Below, in pieces: positions 59,651-64,000 of a DNA stretch of 64,000 bases (the stretch's first letter is position 1; each line of letters starts with the position of its first letter). A program made the position numbers and the translations under genes. Below the pieces are notes generated by a model. The model saw only the letters and a list, made by a program, of their open reading frames with translations, ran no database searches and was not told where the DNA came from. This DNA comes from Candidatus Magasanikiibacteriota bacterium (lineage in GTDB: Bacteria > Patescibacteriota > Patescibacteriia > Magasanikbacterales > GWA2-37-8). The DNA is taken from the NCBI GenBank assembly GCA_030650025.1, contig JAUSEN010000015.1, forward strand, positions 13,728 to 77,727. The letters run 5' to 3'.

Positions 59651-60040
59651 TTAATTTACAAGCTTAATTTTTAAATTTTTTAACTGCGTTTTTACGGTCG
59701 CGTCAAAAATCAAATCCCCGCTCGCCACCAAAAATCCTCCGAGTATCTCGGCGTTCACCAAAACTTTAGATTCAATTTTCTTGCCAAAAGCTTTGGTAAT
59801 ATTATGGAGCGCTTTCTCATCAAGCTCCCGAGCCGTGGTCACTGTAACCTCTTTAATTCCGGCTTGAGCCTTGCTGATGCGTTCAAACTGCTCCAAAATT
59901 TGCGGCGCTTTCTTTAGCAATCTTTTATTTGCCAAATAACCCACAAATTTTTTGGCGATGCCGGAGACCGCGCTCGCGGGCGCGGTGCTGATCACTTCAT
60001 AAAACGCCTGGGCTAATTTTTGTGGGCTATTAACGGCCAT
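59651..60040 (-). CDS. atpH: ATP synthase delta (OSCP) subunit, short form
   Basis: 129 aa; C-terminal GGFLVASGDLIFDATVKTQLKNL matches the OSCP C-terminal signature; N-terminal helical bundle shortened. Confidence 0.65.
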   Translation of the reverse strand: MAVNSPQKLAQAFYEVISTAPASAVSGIAKKFVGYLANKRLLKKAPQILEQFERISKAQAGIKEVTVTTARELDEKALHNITKAFGKKIESKVLVNAEILGGFLVASGDLIFDATVKTQLKNLKIKLVN

Positions 60041-60042
60041 AA

Positions 60043-60606
60043 TTATTTGTTAACGTCAATCTTTTTAGCTAAATCACTAATCAAAACTTTGTCTTTTTCG
60101 CTGGTTAATTTTTCTTTAATAATTTTTTCGGTTATCATCGTAACTAATTCAACCGTCTGCAATTTTAATTCGGCCATCATACTGCTTCGCTCTTCAGCTA
60201 GGCCGCGCTTGGCCTGAAGAGCAAGAGCTTCAATTTCTGCTTTGGCTTTGGCGCGCACTTGGTTGGCTGCCACCACTGCTTCTCCGGTTGATTTTTCGAT
60301 AATTTTTGAGGCTTCGGCTTTGGCCTCATCAATTTTAGCTTGATATTTCTGTTCGCTGTGTCGCAAATTTTCGTCTATCTTCTTGGCATTCTCTAAACTG
60401 TCATCAATCAAATTCTGCCGTTCTGTCATTTTTTTAGTGAGCGGTTTCAAAATCAGCCACCAAATCACGGCCGCTATTATGGCAAAGTTAATAAATTGAG
60501 AAATAAGCATGCCCCCGTTAATTCCGAGGTCCCCGAGCACCCCACCAGAGGATTCGGCCGCCCCCGCCCCAATTTCGGACGCGTAGGCAATATCAATAAA
60601 GTTCAT
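60043..60606 (-). CDS. atpF: ATP synthase Fo subunit b
   Basis: N-terminal TM helix then long charged coiled-coil; operon position. Confidence 0.7.
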   Translation of the reverse strand: MNFIDIAYASEIGAGAAESSGGVLGDLGINGGMLISQFINFAIIAAVIWWLILKPLTKKMTERQNLIDDSLENAKKIDENLRHSEQKYQAKIDEAKAEASKIIEKSTGEAVVAANQVRAKAKAEIEALALQAKRGLAEERSSMMAELKLQTVELVTMITEKIIKEKLTSEKDKVLISDLAKKIDVNK

Positions 60607-60642
60607 ATTTATTTTTGTAAAAATTTTCTAAATAATTTTGGC

Positions 60643-60671
60643 TAGAAGAAGAGCTGGAGACTCTTCTTCTA
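60643..60671 (-). promoter_or_regulatory. intercistronic stem-loop between atpE and atpF
   Basis: TAGAAGAAGAG-ctggaga-CTCTTCTTCTA perfect 11-bp stem. Confidence 0.4.
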
Positions 60672-60677
60672 AACAAA

Positions 60678-60980
<303 letters not shown>

Positions 60981-61041
60981 TCAGGGCCTAACTCCAGAAT
61001 TAAGAATAAAAAAGAAATTATTTAAAACTTCTTTCTTGCCC

Positions 61042-61824
61042 CTAATGCTCGGCACCGTGCGGTTCACTGCTCGCGATCGTCATATAAACAATAGTTAACA
61101 TCGCGAACACACTGGCCTGAATAATGCCCACCAGTAATTCTAAAAGCATGAATGGCGTTGGCACTAAAACTGAAACTAAACTAAGCATCACCATCATCAA
61201 GACTTCACCCGCGAAAATATTGCCAAATAAACGTAGCGACAGCGATAAAACCTTGGCTAATTCACTGACAATCTCGAGTAACCCCACCGCGAATTCCACC
61301 AAAGCCGTCAAAACAGCAACCGGCCCCTTTTTTAAGCTCTTGATTACCGAACCGATTTGCACAAACTTATTAAGATGAGTAAAAATTCCCACACTTAAAA
61401 AACCAAACACATGCGAAGAGACCACGGCCACGAGCGCCATAGCTACTGTTAAGTTTAGATCCGTATTGGCCGGCCGAAGAATCGGTTCCCCCTGCCAAGT
61501 CAGGCTACCCGTACCAGGAATTAAACCCAGCCAGTTCGAAAATAATATAAAGAAAAATACCGACCCTACTATTGGCAAAAATTTAAGAGTGGTTTGCCGG
61601 CTTTGAGTGACTTGGTCAAAATATCCAAGCAAAATTTCTAAAAAATATTCGCACCAATTTTGCAATCTACCAGGGCGGAGAGCGGCTTTTTTAGAGATGA
61701 AGTACCCCAAAATTAAAAACCCTACCAGAGCCAGCCAAGTATTAATCATGGTATTAGAAACCGCCACGGGCCCAACGTGGAAGAGAGTTTCGGCGGCTAG
61801 TGGTGGAATGTGAGGCGCGGCCAT
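61042..61824 (-). CDS. atpB: ATP synthase Fo subunit a
   Basis: Signature LSLRLFGNIFAGEVLM with essential Arg. Confidence 0.85.
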   Translation of the reverse strand: MAAPHIPPLAAETLFHVGPVAVSNTMINTWLALVGFLILGYFISKKAALRPGRLQNWCEYFLEILLGYFDQVTQSRQTTLKFLPIVGSVFFFILFSNWLGLIPGTGSLTWQGEPILRPANTDLNLTVAMALVAVVSSHVFGFLSVGIFTHLNKFVQIGSVIKSLKKGPVAVLTALVEFAVGLLEIVSELAKVLSLSLRLFGNIFAGEVLMMVMLSLVSVLVPTPFMLLELLVGIIQASVFAMLTIVYMTIASSEPHGAEH

Positions 61825-61842
61825 GCGGAAAGTTTAAAAAAA

Positions 61843-62139
61843 TTATTTTTTGCCAGCACTTTTACTATCAGACATTTTTTGATATTCCTGCCCGTATATT
61901 TTAGCCTTGCGATAAATTAATTTAGCCGAAAGTATCGCCGCCAGCACAAAGCCTATGATCAAATACCGTGGCTCGGTACCCTGCCGATTATCCAACCACT
62001 GCCCCAAAAGCGCCAATATTACAATCGGGACTGCAATCGAAGCGCCAAAGTCCCCTACAATCCGAAGCGCGAACATATAATACGCTCTGTCCCCTCCTGT
62101 TCGCGGCGGCAAGGAATTTTTTTGGCTTAAATCAGGCAT
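61843..62139 (-). CDS. AtpZ/AtpI-like small membrane protein of atp operon
   Basis: 98 aa, two TM helices, position immediately upstream of atpB. Confidence 0.5.
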   Translation of the reverse strand: MPDLSQKNSLPPRTGGDRAYYMFALRIVGDFGASIAVPIVILALLGQWLDNRQGTEPRYLIIGFVLAAILSAKLIYRKAKIYGQEYQKMSDSKSAGKK

Positions 62140-62213
62140 AAAACAACGCGCATAGTATATCGGTTTTGCTCGATAAGGTCAAGCATTTTTTTATTTAAAC
62201 TGTGAATAAACAT

Positions 62214-62414
62214 TTAATCAAATAATACGGCTTGGTATAAAGAAAAACCAGTAATTACTACCAACCCCAAAAACACCATTGTTGGTAGCCATCGCGAACG
62301 CTTCCTAAAACGATGCATTATATCGTCAATAAGCAAAAAAATAAAGAACCACAATCCGGCAAACTGGAAAAAAAATAATAAAAATATGCCCATTATTTCC
62401 AACAATCTAGTCAT
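62214..62414 (-). CDS. hypothetical small membrane protein
   Basis: 66 aa, two hydrophobic helices; overlaps tatD start by 8 nt. Confidence 0.35.
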   Translation of the reverse strand: MTRLLEIMGIFLLFFFQFAGLWFFIFLLIDDIMHRFRKRSRWLPTMVFLGLVVITGFSLYQAVLFD

Positions 62415-63345
62415 TTAACTTAATTTTATTGAATAAATATAGGGCATTTTGCGTAGTGGCCTTAACAACTTCATCATAAGAAACACCGCGAATCTCCGCA
62501 ATTTTTCTGGCGGTAAACTCTACCATCCACGGCTCGCCTCGCTTTCCGCGATGAGGCACGGGTGACAGATACGGGCAATCAGTCTCAAGCAAGATTCTCT
62601 CGAGCGGCATTTTCGCCACCACTTCTAGTAAATCTGCTTGCGCTTGTGGATTTTTTTTAAGCGGCGGAAAGGTGATCACGCCAGTAAAACCAATATAAAA
62701 CCCCATCGCTAAATACTTTTGCGCGTTTTCCCAATTGCTCGTATAGCAGTGAATCGTGCCGGTAAGCGGTGAGACCCCACCCTCGCCCTCCCCTTTGCGA
62801 AGGGGAGGGGAATCGTCGTCCCCCCTCCTTTGCAAAGGAGGGGGGAGGGGGAGGTCTCGCGTCGCATCTTGTAAAATTTCGATCAACTCCTCATGCGCCT
62901 CGCGGCAATGTATCACCATTGGTAAGTTTGTTTCTTTGGCAAGCCTAATATGCTCTAAAAAAACCTGCCTTTGCTTGGGTAGCATTTGCTCTTTACTTAG
63001 GCCCTCGGGAATTCGATAAAAATCCAAGCCGCATTCCCCTATCCCGATTACTTTCTCGCTCGCGCAAAGTTTTTTATAATATTCAAAATTAAATTCTTCT
63101 TCTCTTGATAAAAATGAAGTTTCTTCTTCATCCACAAACTTGCTAAACAAATGCTCGGGGTGGAGCCCAACGCTCGCAAAGACATTTTTAAAGCGCTCGG
63201 CCACTTCCACGGCCCTCTTACTAGTATCACTCTGGGTGCCGACCAAATTTATCACCACATTTTTGGATAAACTGCGTTTAATAACCTCGTCTGAATCAGC
63301 CTGATAGGCATTAAAATGCGCGTGGGCATGAGTGTCAAAAAGCAT
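62407..63345 (-). CDS. tatD: TatD-family metal-dependent hydrolase/DNase with in-frame low-complexity insert
   Basis: MLFDTHAHAHF N-terminus, GECGLDF, VIHCREAHE, IHCYTSNW, ETDCPYL motifs; about 30-aa Pro/Gly-rich insert encoded by element B. Confidence 0.85.
   Translation of the reverse strand: MLFDTHAHAHFNAYQADSDEVIKRSLSKNVVINLVGTQSDTSKRAVEVAERFKNVFASVGLHPEHLFSKFVDEEETSFLSREEEFNFEYYKKLCASEKVIGIGECGLDFYRIPEGLSKEQMLPKQRQVFLEHIRLAKETNLPMVIHCREAHEELIEILQDATRDLPLPPPLQRRGDDDSPPLRKGEGEGGVSPLTGTIHCYTSNWENAQKYLAMGFYIGFTGVITFPPLKKNPQAQADLLEVVAKMPLERILLETDCPYLSPVPHRGKRGEPWMVEFTARKIAEIRGVSYDEVVKATTQNALYLFNKIKLND
62771..62858. repeat. GC-rich nested-palindrome element B inserted in-frame in tatD
   Basis: Hairpins CCCTCCCCTT-tgcg-AAGGGGAGGG and CCCCCCTCCTTT-gc-AAAGGAGGGGGG flanked by GAGACC...GGTCTC; encodes DLPLPPPLQRRGDDDSPPLRKGEGEGGVSP. 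Confidence 0.45.
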
Positions 63346-63352
63346 AATTATT

Positions 63353-63427
63353 CTGTCATCTTGAGCGTAGCGAAAGATCTAAGCGAAACGCTTGCCTTAG
63401 ATTCTTCGCTCCGCTCAGAATGACAAT
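63353..63427. repeat. intergenic palindromic element C (TTGTCAT...ATGACAA family member)
   Basis: CTGTCATCTTGAGCGTAGCGAAAGATCTAAG ... CTTAGATTCTTCGCTCCGCTCAGAATGACAATT imperfect 30-bp inverted repeat between cvpA-like gene and tatD. Confidence 0.45.
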
Positions 63428-63433
63428 TAAAAA

Positions 63434-63961
63434 TCAAGGCAAAACTTTATTAAAATTGTCACGGAGCATCTGTAATGCCTGAGGCACGAGCGGCCACAGC
63501 ACGGCCGCCACCCCCATAGTAAGAGGCGCGAGCGCAGAATTTGCCAAATAACCCATGAATCTAGGGCTAAGCGGATATATTTGCATAAAATTAAAGATTA
63601 TCCCTAAAACCAACACCCCCTCCAATAATCCAAAAACTAAACCCAAAATTTTATTCAATCCATTTAAAAAAGGTAAACGCGTCACTACGGAAAGCAACCG
63701 ATCCACCACCCAAAACAACAGCCCCACCAAGCGGTTTATAATTATAAACGCCAATATAAACATTATGACTTTAGGAAAATTTCCGGCCCAACCAGTAATG
63801 CCAGTAAGCCAATTGGCCAGCGGCTCATAAAAGCGGCTCGCCAAGAAAACCCCCAGCACCGTCCCCACCAATGAACCAAGCGTATGAATTAAACCAAACC
63901 ACAGGCCAAACAACCCAAACCCACCAATAATTATAGCCAAAATTAAGTCAAAAAAAGACAT
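63434..63961 (-). CDS. cvpA: CvpA-family membrane protein
   Basis: 175 aa, 4 TM helices, N-terminal MSFFDLILAIIIGGFGLFG pattern typical of CvpA. Confidence 0.6.
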   Translation of the reverse strand: MSFFDLILAIIIGGFGLFGLWFGLIHTLGSLVGTVLGVFLASRFYEPLANWLTGITGWAGNFPKVIMFILAFIIINRLVGLLFWVVDRLLSVVTRLPFLNGLNKILGLVFGLLEGVLVLGIIFNFMQIYPLSPRFMGYLANSALAPLTMGVAAVLWPLVPQALQMLRDNFNKVLP

Positions 63962-64000
63962 ATGATTTATTCGAAATCATGCCGCGCGACGTCCATTGAA

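Overview
This 64-kb window is a densely packed bacterial chromosomal segment of roughly 47–50% GC. From gene content alone it probably comes from a small-genome, Patescibacteria/CPR-like organism (inference only: archaeal-type RibL flavin adenylyltransferase, a PriA without ATPase motifs, an a/b hydrolase and several fused housekeeping enzymes, and -10 boxes sitting very close to start codons). I can support four tRNAs, Lys(UUU), Gly(CCC), Thr(CGU) and Gln(UUG), and about 60 CDS. The window has no rRNA and no CRISPR array.

The main housekeeping blocks are:
- riboflavin genes ribA and ribD;
- cell-division genes ftsE/ftsX, an FtsB-like protein and ftsQ;
- pyridoxal phosphate synthase pdxS/pdxT;
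- a surface-glycan module (Wzx-like flippase, GT4, GT2, O-antigen-ligase-like, HAD–GT26 fusion);
- priA, def and fmt;
- clpB, arfB and greA;
- the tRNA synthetases gltX, serS and lysS;
- murF-like and ddl next to xerD-like and alr;
- mreBCD with mrdA;
- a UvrD/PcrA-type helicase-nuclease and an ABC exporter;
- a complete F1Fo ATP synthase operon on the minus strand.

The points most worth a second look:
1. A family of short GC-rich nested-palindrome (MITE/RPE-like) elements sharing TTGTCATT…AATGACA termini. Copies appear inserted in-frame in the helicase-nuclease gene and in the GT26 glycosyltransferase gene, and a third lies in an intergenic spacer. A different GC-rich palindromic insert sits in-frame in tatD.
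2. The ATP synthase operon is interrupted twice, by a 911-aa P-type cation ATPase between atpA and atpG and by an AT-rich 82-aa ORF between atpD and atpC.
3. An AT-rich, apparently acquired SAM-methyltransferase islet lies next to a duplicated copy of the gltX 5' end.
4. Unusual enzyme fusions: LysRS with a C-terminal HD phosphohydrolase, RibL-like FAD synthetase with Nudix, HAD with GT26, and MurF with an N-terminal membrane domain.
5. A PriA homolog lacking Walker A and DExH motifs.
6. A CIRCE-like inverted repeat upstream of clpB.
7. A 20-bp inverted-repeat structure in the murF–ddl spacer.

I could not run any search or folding computation, so all functional calls rest on motif recognition.
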